A stretch of DNA of 58,411 nt, taken from the NCBI GenBank assembly GCA_015711825.1, contig JACVJD010000004.1, positions 1 to 58,411 of the forward strand. Direction: 5' to 3'. This document shows, one piece after another, positions 39,103-49,905 of the stretch (position 1 is the first letter of the stretch; each line of letters starts with the position of its first letter). The position numbers and the translations under genes were made by a program. A model generated the notes under the pieces. The model worked only from the letters and a program-made list of their open reading frames with translations. It was not told the origin of the DNA and did not search any database. The DNA is from Candidatus Solincola daggyaiensis (GTDB taxonomy: Bacteria; Actinomycetota; Geothermincolia; Geothermincolales; RBG-13-55-18).

Positions 39103-41787
39103 TCACGGGGATGGCCCTTGATCAGGCACGAAGCCGACCACGTCGTGTCCCCCGTCCCACCCTGAGCCGTAACGGAAGTACATGGGTCGCTCGGCCACCA
39201 CGCTTCCCCCGCTCACCACCGCCAAGCGCGTCGAAAGCTGGTAGCCCTCCCCGGCGTGCTCGTTGACCAGGACGGTCACCCTGCTGCGCCCCGGCACCCT
39301 CACTTCGCGCGCCGGCAGTTCGCCTTCCTCCTGGGTGTAATAACGCACCTCCACCACGGCCTCATCTTCACTCGGGTTCTGGAGACACAGCCATTGCTGG
39401 AAAGACCCACCGGTGTACCCTTCGGCGAAGAGCCACTCGCCGCCGGGCGAGGTCGCCCCGATCACGCAGTGGCCACCCGCAGCACGAAGGTCAGCGCAGG
39501 AGTAATCGAAATACATGGGGCGCTCGGCAAGAAATGCGTCTTCCGAGGCGAGCCTGACCGAGAAATCCTTTTCCCATCCTATTTCGTCGGGGACGAAAAC
39601 GGTGCGGCGGAAACCGCCCCCCACCTCGTACTCACGGCTTACCGGCTCCCCCTGCCCCACCCCGAGCTGGTAGTCCGCGGTCACGGTGATGGGGTGATCG
39701 CCGGGGTTCTGGAGGGTGATCCAGGCCTCGAAACCACGCCTGGTGGTCCCCTCCGCGAAATAATAGGCGTCGGCCAGAGCGGTGGCCCCTGGCACGCAGT
39801 GGCCTCCCTCCCAGCCATGATCTTCCCTGCCGGCGTAACGGAAATACATGGGGCGCTCCGCGACCAACTCCTGGGTGGACTCCACCAGCAGCGAGGCCTG
39901 GTATCCTCTCCCCAGGAGGTCGTTTACCTTGAAGGTCCGCCGCGACCTCGCCGGGACCTCGTGACCGCTTTTCACCACTTCACCCGCCTCCTGGGTCTGG
40001 AAACGGAAGCTCACCTGCGCCGGGGCGTCGCCGGGGTTGAGCAGGCAGACCCACTCGTCGAACCCATCGCCGGTGTAGCCCTCCGCGAAGTACCAGAAGG
40101 TCGAGGGCTCCGGCGCCCCCACGGCGTCGTGGCCGCCCTTCCACTTCCCCATGTAATCGAAATACATGGGGCGCTCCGCCAGCACCCGCCCGTCGCTCTC
40201 GACCTTTATGGACACATCGCGCCCGGCGCCCGCTTCCTCGTTCACGTTCAGGGTGGTCCTGGAGCTGGCGTCCAGTAGGTAATCCCTGGTAAACGGCGCC
40301 GTGCCGTCGGCGTAGAGGTAGGTGACCTGGGCGACGGCCCCGGCGCCGTCCCGGTTGAGAAGGCACAGCCATTCCGCGAAACCCTCTCCCGTGTAACCCT
40401 CGGCGAAATAGCAGGAGGATTCCACGCTCGGCAGTGGGACCACGAAGTTCACCCCGTTGGAAGTCCCGCCGGGGGTGTTCACCGTCAACCAGCCCGACAA
40501 GGCGCCATCCGGGACCTCGCATATGACGCGGCTGGAATTCCATTCCAGATACACGCCGGCAGCGACTCCGGAAAAGGACACATATGACGAGCCCCGCTGG
40601 TCTCCGAACCCGCTACCGGTTATGGTAACCTGCGTTCCCGGAGCCCCGGACATCGGGCTCACGGAAGCGATGTGGGGAGTCCCCGTTCCCCCGCTCCTGA
40701 AGCGGTTGTAGGCTAGGTTGAGGAGGGGCACGAACTCCGCGGTGGCTTTACGGTTGCCCACGTAGTTGGGATGGTCGTCGTCGCTGGGGTAGGCGAGGGT
40801 GTTGCCGCCGTCGTCCGTCTTGTGCTGGACGGCGCCGTTGATCCAGCGATGGTGGTTGCCGCTCTCCCAGCCGAGATCGCTGGCATAGGCGCTGCCGCCG
40901 TTGCTGGTGAGGACGTTGTAGAAATCGAAGACGAAGACGTTGTTGTACGGATACCCGTCGAGCCAGTCGTTCACCAGCCAGTCGTTGAAGGCGCGGGCGT
41001 TGGCGGCGTAGGTCCCGTCTATCAGGGGAGGGGCGGTCACGGCCACGAAGAGCTTGTCCTGCCTGGTCTTGAAATACTCCAGGAGGTCGATATAGATGCC
41101 CTTGGCGTTAGCCACCGTCAGGGGCCCTGAATTCCCCTTGAGCGGGTTGGACGAGATGGGGGGCACGGGTTCGCCGGGGCTCCCCTCCAGGGCGGAGTTG
41201 GGAAAACAGGATTTGAACATGACGATCTCGTTCTCGCCCCCGGGGTCGTCGGCCAGGCGGGAGTAATAGCAGTTCTGCCCGCTTTCCGCGTAGAGGGCGG
41301 CGGTGTAGGCAGGGCTGGACGGCCCCCTGAACCAGGACCACCAGTGCCCTATGTCCGTGCTGCTCCCGATCTCGTCCGGGCCCCACCCGTAGTTGGTGTC
41401 GCTCACGAAGTAGGTGTTGTCGCGCAGGGCCTTCCCGAGGCCGCCGTTATCGTCGTTCAGCCAGTTCTCACCGCAGGAATGGTGGACGAAAACGAGCTTG
41501 ACCGGGTTAGCGGGAGGGGTGGGATCAAGTGATGCTACGGACATGTCAAGCGCATCAAGGGCTGAAAGCCGCGCGCCGGGCGCGGCGTCGCGCGCCGCGG
41601 CTGCCGCCCCCGCTGCGGGCAAAGAAGTGTCGACGCGGGGGAGAGCCGCTATCCCTGCAAGCGTGCCCGCCTTCGCCTCTGTCCACCCCGGCGCTGCCGC
41701 GGGAGCGGCCGAAGCCGCGATGACCAGGGCCACCAGGGCAATTGCAACAGTCGGTAGCGGGACGCGGTATCGATGAAATCGACACAT
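39103..41787 (-). CDS. Secreted protein: putative hydrolase-like N-domain, IPT/TIG domain, four YFAEG/AERPMYF repeats (DUF5719-like)
   Basis: Signal peptide; HHSCGENW...DDHP; IASVSPMSGAPGTQVTITGSGFG; four FAEG and four AERPMYF motifs. Confidence 0.85.
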   Translation of the reverse strand: MCRFHRYRVPLPTVAIALVALVIAASAAPAAAPGWTEAKAGTLAGIAALPRVDTSLPAAGAAAAARDAAPGARLSALDALDMSVASLDPTPPANPVKLVFVHHSCGENWLNDDNGGLGKALRDNTYFVSDTNYGWGPDEIGSSTDIGHWWSWFRGPSSPAYTAALYAESGQNCYYSRLADDPGGENEIVMFKSCFPNSALEGSPGEPVPPISSNPLKGNSGPLTVANAKGIYIDLLEYFKTRQDKLFVAVTAPPLIDGTYAANARAFNDWLVNDWLDGYPYNNVFVFDFYNVLTSNGGSAYASDLGWESGNHHRWINGAVQHKTDDGGNTLAYPSDDDHPNYVGNRKATAEFVPLLNLAYNRFRSGGTGTPHIASVSPMSGAPGTQVTITGSGFGDQRGSSYVSFSGVAAGVYLEWNSSRVICEVPDGALSGWLTVNTPGGTSNGVNFVVPLPSVESSCYFAEGYTGEGFAEWLCLLNRDGAGAVAQVTYLYADGTAPFTRDYLLDASSRTTLNVNEEAGAGRDVSIKVESDGRVLAERPMYFDYMGKWKGGHDAVGAPEPSTFWYFAEGYTGDGFDEWVCLLNPGDAPAQVSFRFQTQEAGEVVKSGHEVPARSRRTFKVNDLLGRGYQASLLVESTQELVAERPMYFRYAGREDHGWEGGHCVPGATALADAYYFAEGTTRRGFEAWITLQNPGDHPITVTADYQLGVGQGEPVSREYEVGGGFRRTVFVPDEIGWEKDFSVRLASEDAFLAERPMYFDYSCADLRAAGGHCVIGATSPGGEWLFAEGYTGGSFQQWLCLQNPSEDEAVVEVRYYTQEEGELPAREVRVPGRSRVTVLVNEHAGEGYQLSTRLAVVSGGSVVAERPMYFRYGSGWDGGHDVVGFVPDQGPSP

Positions 41788-42267
41788 CGTTCTCACCTCT
41801 CTCTGCCGGCCGCCATCGCGACCGAGGCGGCCGCCGTGACGGCATGCAAAGCCCGGGACGGCGAACGGCAGCGAATCTCCACCAGATGCGCCCATCCTCG
41901 CTTTCAACACGAGATGGGAAAGCCTCCCGCCACCGCTTCAGGCACGGCCTCGTGGGAACACCTTCCACATCCCCATAATAATATTCGGCTTTTCCTTTCC
42001 CGGCCGCAACCATCTGATGTTCGCCCCAGAGAATCGGCATCGCCCTAAGGTTCAAGGCTAAGATGAAGGTCCCGCTATGGATGGAGAAAAACTACTTGTG
42101 GTAAGGAAAAGGGCTCGTTTATAAAGAAAGAGGAGGGGCGGCAGCATCAGTCATACACCTTCACGAGGCTACGTTCGTTACCTTCGCCCAAAGGCGATCC
42201 CCCAGGCACGGCCATGCCGGGCGTGCGCGTGAGGAAAAGGCGTTTCGTAAAGCGACAGGAGGGAAGC

Positions 42268-43941
42268 ATGGAAGAGAGGCCCTGGCACAAGTCATACGCG
42301 CCCGGGGTGCCGTGGAGCATCGAATACCAGCGGCTTACGGTCTCCGAGGGACTGGCGCGCTCCGCCCGCGACTTCCCGGACCGGACCGCCCTGAACTACA
42401 TGGGCGCGAAAATCTCCTACCGCAAGCTGGACGAGCTGGTGAACCGCTTCGCCCGCGCCCTTTCGGATCTCGGCATAGGCAAAGGCGACAAGGTGGCCAC
42501 CATCATGCCCAACATCCCGCAGATGATCGTCGCCAACATGGCCGCCTTCCGCATCGGAGCGGTGGTGGTGCTCAACAACCCCCTCTACACCGAGCGGGAA
42601 CTGCAATACCAGCTCGACGACTCCGACGCCAGGATAGCCGTGACCCTCACCCTGCTGGTGCCGCGCATCGAGAAGATCATGGCCGAGACCAAGCTGGAGA
42701 AGGTGGTGGGCTGCCAGATCAACACCCACCTCTCCTTCCCCAAGAAGCAGCTCTTCCCCTACGTGCGCAAGGCCATGTACAGAAAGATCGAGCCCACCGA
42801 CAAGGTGCTGCGCTACGAGGACCTGATCAGGAAATACCCCGGGGACCCGCTGGAGGACCAAGGGGAATGGGAGGAGCTCTCCACCATCATCTACACCGGG
42901 GGCACCACCGGAAAGAGCAAGGGCGTGATGCTCAGCCACAAGAACATCAGCGTCAACGTGCAGCAGTTCGCGGCCTGGTTCCCGGACCTGGAACGCGGAA
43001 AATACTCCCTGGTGGGCACCTTCCCCGTCTTCCACGCCGCCGGCTTCACCGCCTGCCAGAACTTCTTCTGCTGGCAGGCATGGGAGCACTGCATGATCCC
43101 CCGCCCGGAGCCCAAGGCGGTGATCGAGATCCTCAAGCGCGACCGCCCGGATTTCCTGCCCGGCGTGCCCACCATTTTCGTGGGCCTGCTGGCGGAGCCG
43201 GAGTTCCGGCGCATGGACCTCTCCTTCATCAAGGGCTTCTTCTCCGGCGCCGCCCCCCTCGCCGCCGACACCATCCGCGACCTCAAGGAGCTCACCGGGG
43301 CCACCATCCTCGAGGTCTACGGGCAGACGGAGACCGCCCCCGTGGCCACCGTCACCCCCTGGGGAGGGGAGATCAAGCCCGGCACGGTGGGCATCCCGGT
43401 ACCGGACACGGACATAAGGATCGTGGACCTGGACACGGGGGAGCGGGAGCTGCCCCTGGGGGAGGCGGGCGAGATCGTCATCTCCGGCCCCCAGTGCATG
43501 ATGGGTTATTACAAGAAGCCGGAGGAGACCGCCCAGGCGCTGCGCGACGGCTGGGTGTACACCGGGGATATAGGTTTCTTCGACGAAGACGGATATCTCT
43601 CGGTGGTGGACCGCAAAAAGGACATGGTAATCGCGGGAGGCTACAACATCTACCCGGTGGAGATCGACAACGTGCTCTTCGACCACCCCAAGATACTGGA
43701 GGCCTGCGCGGTGGGGGTGCCGGACCCCTATCGCGGAGAGACCGTCAAGGCCTTCATCGTGGTCAAGGAGGGGGAGTCCTTGAGCGAGGAGGAGGTCATC
43801 TCCTACTGCAAGGAGAACCTCGCTCCCTACAAGGTCCCCACCCACATAGAGTTCGTGGAGGAGCTTCCCAAGAGCGTGGTGGGGAAGATCCTCCGCCGCG
43901 AGCTGCGCGACCGCGAGCTGAAAAAGCGGCAGGGCGATTGA
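42268..43941 (+). CDS. Long-chain fatty acid--CoA ligase (FadD-like)
   Basis: YTGGTTGKSKG, YGQTET, TGDIG, DRKKDM, LPKSVVGKILRR. Confidence 0.95.
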   Translation: MEERPWHKSYAPGVPWSIEYQRLTVSEGLARSARDFPDRTALNYMGAKISYRKLDELVNRFARALSDLGIGKGDKVATIMPNIPQMIVANMAAFRIGAVVVLNNPLYTERELQYQLDDSDARIAVTLTLLVPRIEKIMAETKLEKVVGCQINTHLSFPKKQLFPYVRKAMYRKIEPTDKVLRYEDLIRKYPGDPLEDQGEWEELSTIIYTGGTTGKSKGVMLSHKNISVNVQQFAAWFPDLERGKYSLVGTFPVFHAAGFTACQNFFCWQAWEHCMIPRPEPKAVIEILKRDRPDFLPGVPTIFVGLLAEPEFRRMDLSFIKGFFSGAAPLAADTIRDLKELTGATILEVYGQTETAPVATVTPWGGEIKPGTVGIPVPDTDIRIVDLDTGERELPLGEAGEIVISGPQCMMGYYKKPEETAQALRDGWVYTGDIGFFDEDGYLSVVDRKKDMVIAGGYNIYPVEIDNVLFDHPKILEACAVGVPDPYRGETVKAFIVVKEGESLSEEEVISYCKENLAPYKVPTHIEFVEELPKSVVGKILRRELRDRELKKRQGD

Positions 43942-44082
43942 CGGGCGCGAGGGCGAGGGTTGCAGCTGGATGATGGAGGCTGAACAAACCCGGGCTGTTC
44001 GATGGTCCGGCGGGCGCGTGGCAACCGAGCCGGCATTGACGCCTGCCACGGGAGATGTAGCGACGCTCAGAGTCGGAGGCGG

Positions 44083-44199
44083 TCAGTCGCCGGGTATATA
44101 CCCCAGGACGTCGCGGCCGCCGTCCCAGCCGGGTCCGTAGGCGAAACACATGGGGCGTTCGGCCGCGATCCCGCCGTCGCTTTCTTCTTTTTTGGACAC
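44083..44199 (-). pseudogene. Remnant of the C-terminal AERPMYF repeat of a surface protein
   Basis: Hand translation VSKKEESDGGIAAERPMCFAYGPGWDGGRDVLGYIPGD* versus SGGSVVAERPMYFRYGSGWDGGHDVVGFVPD in 39103..41787. Confidence 0.7.
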
Positions 44200-44715
44200 C
44201 TCCCGACCTGCTCCCGCCTCGCGGCCGATGGGGTCCGGTCCCCAGCCGTAACCTCCACTTTTCCCTTTGGCCGGCCTTCATGTTATTCTTTCGGCACGCG
44301 CGCCCTAAAGGAATAACGGCGGAAGGACGAGGGGGCGAGGCGTATTTACGTTTTGTATGGGCCGCGAACCGGGGTTCTATTGGTGCGCCGGTACTCCTCA
44401 GGCCGACACACCCTTAGACCGATGGTTTACTGCCGAGGAAGGAGTAAGATAATCCGAGCACCGGCGTGCCCGGATCCAATCCATATCGCGCTCCATATCG
44501 ATATGGCCAGGCAGATCCGGCAAGCCTCCTCGTGATACGCGAACCGTCATCCCTTCTCCTTCTCGCATATTTCCCACATGGGGCCATGTGTTTTCGCGTG
44601 CTCGCTCTCCAGGGCGACCGGGTTTACACCTTCTCGAACGGGGGGAGATAATTCAACAAGGGCTGTCTTCGTGCCACGACGGCAATAGATAAAACGAAGG
44701 GGGCAGGGGCTGCGC

Positions 44716-47700
44716 ATGGAGAAAAAGGGCGGCGCCATCACCAGACATGGAAGCGCCTGGAAATGGATCGCGGCTTACCTGGCCGCGGCGGCGGTGCTGG
44801 CCGCGGCCGGCACGCTCTTCGCCCTCTACCTGCGTTCCGACGTCAGGCGGCGCGCCCAGGAGGAGATCTCCGCCGTGGCGGACCTCAAGGCGGAGCAGAT
44901 CGGCAACTGGGTGGAAGAGCGCCTGGCGGACGCCGGGACCGCCGCGGAGAGCCCCTTCTTCTCGCGGGAGGCGGCAAGATATCTGGCCGCTCCCGATGAC
45001 CTTGAGCTCAAGGTAAACCTTCTCTCCTGGATGCAGTCGCGGATGGAGAATTACGGCTACGTCTCCTCCTTCCTCCTCGACGCGGAGGGGAACGCGGCGC
45101 TCTCCCTCAACCCCCGCGGCGACCCGGTGGGGGAATACGCGCGGGGGCTCGCCCTGGAGTGCATGGCCAAGGGGGCGCCCTCCATTTCGGACCTCCACCG
45201 CGGAGAGGGAAACGAGGAGATCCATATCGACTTAGTGGTGCCGGTAGCGGCAACCCCGAACGCCGCCCCGGCGGGAGCGCTGCTCCTGCGCATCGACCAC
45301 CACGACTTCCTCTACCCCTTCATCCAGTCCTGGCCCACCCCCAGCGAGACGGCGGAGACCCTGCTGGTGCGGCGAGAGGGGGACGAGGTGGTCTTCCTCA
45401 ACGAGCTGCGCCACCGCAGCGGGACGGCCCTCCAGCTCCGCCTTCCCCTGGGCGAGGAGGACCTTCCGGCGGCGCGGGCGGCGCTTGGAGAGGAGGGCGC
45501 CATGGAGGGGGTGGACTACCGCGGCGTGGAGGTGCTCGCCGCCACTCGCTCCGTGCCCGGAACCGGCTGGCGCCTGGTGGCCAAGGTGGACGCGTCCGAG
45601 GTCTATTCCCCCACCACCCTGCGCGTATCGCTGGCCGTGGCCCTCACCCTCATCGTGGTGCTCGCCTTAGGCTTCGCCTTCGCCCTCGCCTGGACGCGCC
45701 GCCAGGCCGAGCTCTACCGGCGGCAGTGCCGGCTGGAGTCCGAGCGCGCCGCCCTGGCCCGCCACTACGAGTACCTCACCCGCTACGCCAACGACATCAT
45801 CATCCTCATGGACACGGACTGGAGGATCGCGGAGGTCAACCAGCGCGCCGTCCAGGCCTACGGGTATTCGCGCGAGGAGCTCATCGGCATGCCCGCCGCT
45901 AACCTGCGCTCGCCGGCGGAACGCCCGCGCTTCGCGCAGACCGTGCGCGACCTCGACCTCTCCAACGGCACCATCATCGAGACCGAGCACATGCGCAAGG
46001 ACGGCACCGTCTTCCCGGTGGAGATCAGCGCGCGCATAATCGAGGTGGACGGCGACCGTTTCTACCAGGGCATCATACGCGACATCAGCGAGCGCAGGCG
46101 CATGGAGGCGGAGCTGCGCGCCTCGGAGGAGAAGTACCGCCTGCTCTTCCGGCACGCCCCCATAGGCGTTTTCCAATACGACCTCAACCTGGTGATCACC
46201 GACTGCAACGACCGCTTCGTGGAGATCCTGCGATCCTCGCGGGAGCGCCTGGTGGGGCTGGACATGAACAGGCTGCGCGACCGCAGCGTGCTGCCGGCCA
46301 TCCGCGCCGCCCTGGAGGGGATCGAGGGGCTCTACGAGGGACCGTACGCCGCCACCACCAGCGAGGCCCATGTATTCGTTTCCTTGCGCACCACCCCGCT
46401 GAGGGACGCCGGCGGCGCCATCATCGGGGGCGTGGGCATCGTGGAGGACATCACCGAGCGCAAACGTATCAGGGAGGAGCTGGCGGAAAGGGAGCTTTTC
46501 CTGCGGCGGCTCACCGACAACATGCTGGACCTCATCAGCCAGATCGACGTGGACGGGAACTTCGTTTACCTAAGCCCCTCCAACCAGAGGGTGCTGGGCT
46601 ACCGAGAGGGCGAGCTGCTGGGCAGCAACGTCATGGAGCTGGTGCACCCCGAGGACCTCCCGGCGGTGGCGGAGACATACGCCAGGTCCAACCGCGAGCT
46701 GGCGCCGGGCAAGGTCGAGTTCCGGGCCAAAAAGGCCGACGGCACCTATATCTGGGTGGAATCGGTGGGGAACCCCCTTTTCGACGAGGAGGGCAAGCTC
46801 ATAGGGGCCATCTTCGTCACCCGCGACATCGGCGAGCGCAAGCGGGCGGAGCGGCGCCTGGAGAGGCTGACCCACTGCTTCCTGGGGCTGGGGTCCGACC
46901 CCCTGGAGAACATCATCCGTATCGTGGACACCGGAAAAGAGATCCTCGAGGCCGGCGGCGCGCACTACACCCGCCTTGCCCAGGGAAGATTCCAGATCTA
47001 CCACACCGCCAGGGACAGCGCGGGGTTCGAGCCGCTGGACGAGGAGCATCACCTTGTCTGCCGCGAGATGATCGCCGCGAACCGCGAGCAGCCCGTCTCC
47101 GTCGAGGACCTCGGCGCCCTGGATTACGTGGGCTTCCTCCCCGAGGTGGCAAAAGAGAGGTTCGCCTCCTACTTCGCCTATCCCGTCAGGGCCCACGGCA
47201 GGACGGTGGGAGTCCTGGGCTTGCTGCGCCGCGAGAAAGGCGAGGCCGGCGGCGAGGAGCGCGATCTGGCGGGGACGCTGGCCCGGGCCATCGCGGTGGA
47301 GGAGGAGCGCCTGGCCCACGAGGAGGAGCTGCGGGACTTCGTGGACATCGCCTCCCACGAGCTGCGCCACCCCATGACCGTCATCAAGGGTTACGCCTCC
47401 ACCCTGCTTTCCCACCACCACCGCATGGACGAGGAGACGAGGCGCGAGGTGCTCATGGATATAGAACGAGGCGTGGACCGGCTGGAAAGGCTGGTTTACC
47501 AGCTACTGGACACCGCGCGCATCGACCGTGATAAGCTGGCGCTCAACCTGGTGGAGAGCGACCTGGTGGCGACCCTGGAGGAAGTGGTGCGGGAGACACG
47601 CAAGCGCGATCCCTTGGTGCCGATAGCGTTTCGCGTTCACAAGCGTCCCAAGACCGTAAGGGCCGACCCCGAACGCATCGCGCAGGTACTGGTGATCCTG

Positions 47701-47997
47701 CTGGAAAACGCGGTCAACTATTCCCCCGGGCTGACCGGGGTCGAGGTGGAGGTGGCCGGCAAGGACGAGGGCGGCATGACGGTGTCGGTCCTCGACCGCG
47801 GACTGGGAGTGCCGGAGGAGGAGCGGCAGAGGATATTCGAGCGCTTCTACCAGGTCGGTGACGCCACCCACCACTCCGCGGAGGGAATCGGGCTCGGCCT
47901 GTACATCGCAAGGGAGATCGTCAAGGGTCACGGCGGCCACATCTGGCACGAGCCCCGCGAGGGCGGCGGCTCCATCTTCCGCTTCACCCTTCCCTGA
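44716..47997 (+). CDS. Cache-PAS-PAS-PAS-GAF sensor histidine kinase
   Basis: Two TMs around a Cache-like domain (DYRGVEVLAA..GWRLVAKVD), three PAS, ASHELRHPMT, GIGLGL. Confidence 0.93.
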   Translation: MEKKGGAITRHGSAWKWIAAYLAAAAVLAAAGTLFALYLRSDVRRRAQEEISAVADLKAEQIGNWVEERLADAGTAAESPFFSREAARYLAAPDDLELKVNLLSWMQSRMENYGYVSSFLLDAEGNAALSLNPRGDPVGEYARGLALECMAKGAPSISDLHRGEGNEEIHIDLVVPVAATPNAAPAGALLLRIDHHDFLYPFIQSWPTPSETAETLLVRREGDEVVFLNELRHRSGTALQLRLPLGEEDLPAARAALGEEGAMEGVDYRGVEVLAATRSVPGTGWRLVAKVDASEVYSPTTLRVSLAVALTLIVVLALGFAFALAWTRRQAELYRRQCRLESERAALARHYEYLTRYANDIIILMDTDWRIAEVNQRAVQAYGYSREELIGMPAANLRSPAERPRFAQTVRDLDLSNGTIIETEHMRKDGTVFPVEISARIIEVDGDRFYQGIIRDISERRRMEAELRASEEKYRLLFRHAPIGVFQYDLNLVITDCNDRFVEILRSSRERLVGLDMNRLRDRSVLPAIRAALEGIEGLYEGPYAATTSEAHVFVSLRTTPLRDAGGAIIGGVGIVEDITERKRIREELAERELFLRRLTDNMLDLISQIDVDGNFVYLSPSNQRVLGYREGELLGSNVMELVHPEDLPAVAETYARSNRELAPGKVEFRAKKADGTYIWVESVGNPLFDEEGKLIGAIFVTRDIGERKRAERRLERLTHCFLGLGSDPLENIIRIVDTGKEILEAGGAHYTRLAQGRFQIYHTARDSAGFEPLDEEHHLVCREMIAANREQPVSVEDLGALDYVGFLPEVAKERFASYFAYPVRAHGRTVGVLGLLRREKGEAGGEERDLAGTLARAIAVEEERLAHEEELRDFVDIASHELRHPMTVIKGYASTLLSHHHRMDEETRREVLMDIERGVDRLERLVYQLLDTARIDRDKLALNLVESDLVATLEEVVRETRKRDPLVPIAFRVHKRPKTVRADPERIAQVLVILLENAVNYSPGLTGVEVEVAGKDEGGMTVSVLDRGLGVPEEERQRIFERFYQVGDATHHSAEGIGLGLYIAREIVKGHGGHIWHEPREGGGSIFRFTLP

Positions 47998-48114
47998 GGT
48001 GAGGGGTTTCCCCCGCCTCGCACCCATGGCGCGACCAAGATCTCCACGACCTCTTTTCGATACATCCATGTCGCGCAAACCCGCATGCCGAACCGTTCCG
48101 CCGTCCTCCCATAC

Positions 48115-49758
48115 TCAAGAGAGCACGGCGCCGCGGGCGGCTGAGCCCACCATCCTTACGTACCGGCGCATGAACCCCGCCGGCACCTCCCGCTCCGCGG
48201 GCCGGTGTTGCGCCAGGCGTGAGGAGATCTCCTCCTCGCTGAGCCTGACTTCCAGCCGGCGACCGGGAATGTCGATGCTTATCTCGTCCCCGTCGCGCAG
48301 CGCCGCGATGGGCCCTCCGGCGGCGGCCTCGGGCGAAACGTGCCCGATGCACGGACCCGAGGTGGCGCCCGAGAACCTGCCGTCGGTGATGAGGGCCACG
48401 CGGGTGAAACCGTGCAGCTCCAGCCCCATGGTCACCGCCAGCGTCTCCGGCATGCCCGGCCCACCCTTCGGTCCCTCGTTGCGGATGACCACCACCTCCC
48501 CCTCCCTCAGCGTCCCCTCGCGCAGGGCTGAGAGGCAGTCGGCCTCCGCCTCGAAGACCCGCGCCGGTCCCGAAAAGCGCAGCATCTCCGGGAGCACCGC
48601 CGACTGCTTGACCACCGCCCCCTCCGGCGCCAGGTTGCCGAAGAGCGCCACCGTGCCCCCTTGGGGGAAGAACGGGTTATCCCGCGTGCGTATGACCTCG
48701 CCGTCGCGGACCTCGGCCGCCTCCACCACCTCCGCGACGCTCTGCCCCATGACGTTCAACGCCTCCAGATGCAGGTCGTCGGCGAGCGTTTTCATCACCG
48801 CCGGCACGCCCCCGGCCCGGTAGAGGTCCTGGATACCGTGGGGTCCGTTGGGGGCGATGGAACACAGGGTGGGTATGCGCGGGTTGAAATCGTTGAAGCG
48901 CGAGAGGGGCAGTTCAAACCCCAGCTCGTGCGCGATGGCCGGGAGATGCAGGGCGGAGTTGGTGGAACCCCCTATGGCCAGGTCCACCATGAGGGCGTTC
49001 TCCACCGCCTTCTCGGTCAGCACCGCGCGCGCGCCGAGGCCCTCCTCGACCATCTCCACCACCCGCATGCCCGCGCGGCGGGCGAAGAGGAGCTTCTCGG
49101 AGAAGTAGGCGGGAACGTTGGCGGAGCCGGGTATGGTCAGTCCCATGGCCTCCGCCAGGCACTGGAAGGTGTTGGCGGTGCCCATGAGCTCGCATGATCC
49201 ACAGGTGGCGCAGGTGGCCGTGGCCAGCTTGTCCAGCAAGTCGGGGTAGTCCTTGTGGAAGATGCTGCCCGTGCTGCGCGGCGAGAACCTTATCTGAAAG
49301 GCCCCGGGGCCCCCGGTGAGCATGATCGCCGGCAGGTCAAGCCGCGCGGCCGCCATGATCATGCCCGGGATGATCTTGTCGCAGGAGGCGACCATGACCA
49401 TACCGTCGAAGAGCATGCTGCGGGCGTAGGTCTCCACCGTGTCCGCGATGAGCTCCCGCTGGGGAAGCACGAACCTCATGCCCTCGTTCCCCTCCGTGAA
49501 GCCGTCGCAGGGAGCCGGCACGTTGAACTCGAAGGGTATGCCTCCGGCGGCGTGCACTCCCTCCTTGACGCGCTCCGCCAGCGCGCGCAGATGCATGTGA
49601 CCGGGGTTCATATCCGTATGGGAGTTCGCGACGGCGATGATGGGTTTTCGCTTCAACTCCTCTATGTCCATGCCCAAACCCTGCATGATGGCGAGACGCG
49701 CGATGCTCACCGGGAAATCCCTCTCGTCGAAGATGGGGCCGCTCTTGGGTTTGGTCAT
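48115..49758 (-). CDS. ilvD: Dihydroxy-acid dehydratase (IlvD/Edd family)
   Basis: NPGHMHL, PCDG, SCDKIIPG, GSCELMGTANT, GGSTN, GPKGGPGMPE, TDGRFSGA, GHVSPEA. Substrate may not be the BCAA intermediate. Confidence 0.88.
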   Translation of the reverse strand: MTKPKSGPIFDERDFPVSIARLAIMQGLGMDIEELKRKPIIAVANSHTDMNPGHMHLRALAERVKEGVHAAGGIPFEFNVPAPCDGFTEGNEGMRFVLPQRELIADTVETYARSMLFDGMVMVASCDKIIPGMIMAAARLDLPAIMLTGGPGAFQIRFSPRSTGSIFHKDYPDLLDKLATATCATCGSCELMGTANTFQCLAEAMGLTIPGSANVPAYFSEKLLFARRAGMRVVEMVEEGLGARAVLTEKAVENALMVDLAIGGSTNSALHLPAIAHELGFELPLSRFNDFNPRIPTLCSIAPNGPHGIQDLYRAGGVPAVMKTLADDLHLEALNVMGQSVAEVVEAAEVRDGEVIRTRDNPFFPQGGTVALFGNLAPEGAVVKQSAVLPEMLRFSGPARVFEAEADCLSALREGTLREGEVVVIRNEGPKGGPGMPETLAVTMGLELHGFTRVALITDGRFSGATSGPCIGHVSPEAAAGGPIAALRDGDEISIDIPGRRLEVRLSEEEISSRLAQHRPAEREVPAGFMRRYVRMVGSAARGAVLS

Positions 49759-49905
49759 GGTATTACCCCCCTCGGTGTCCGGCGTCGCGACGGTTTATCG
49801 CGACGCCACCTACTTACCTTGTTTTGGCATATTCTTCGCCCTGCCAGTCGTCTCCCAGCTTGCCGTCCGGAGACGACCAAGTCCGACTAGACAATGATAG
49901 CAAAG

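Noticed and set aside
44382-44467. c-di-GMP-I riboswitch-like AAACCATCGGTCTAAGGG (minus strand) within an irregular hairpin
   Set aside because: The P1 GAAA hairpin and the returning receptor strand are missing, and no gene follows in that direction except a remnant.
49781-49807. 10-bp hairpin GGCGTCGCGA/TCGCGACGCC upstream of ilvD as an attenuator
   Set aside because: No leader peptide or T-box features seen; function unsupported.
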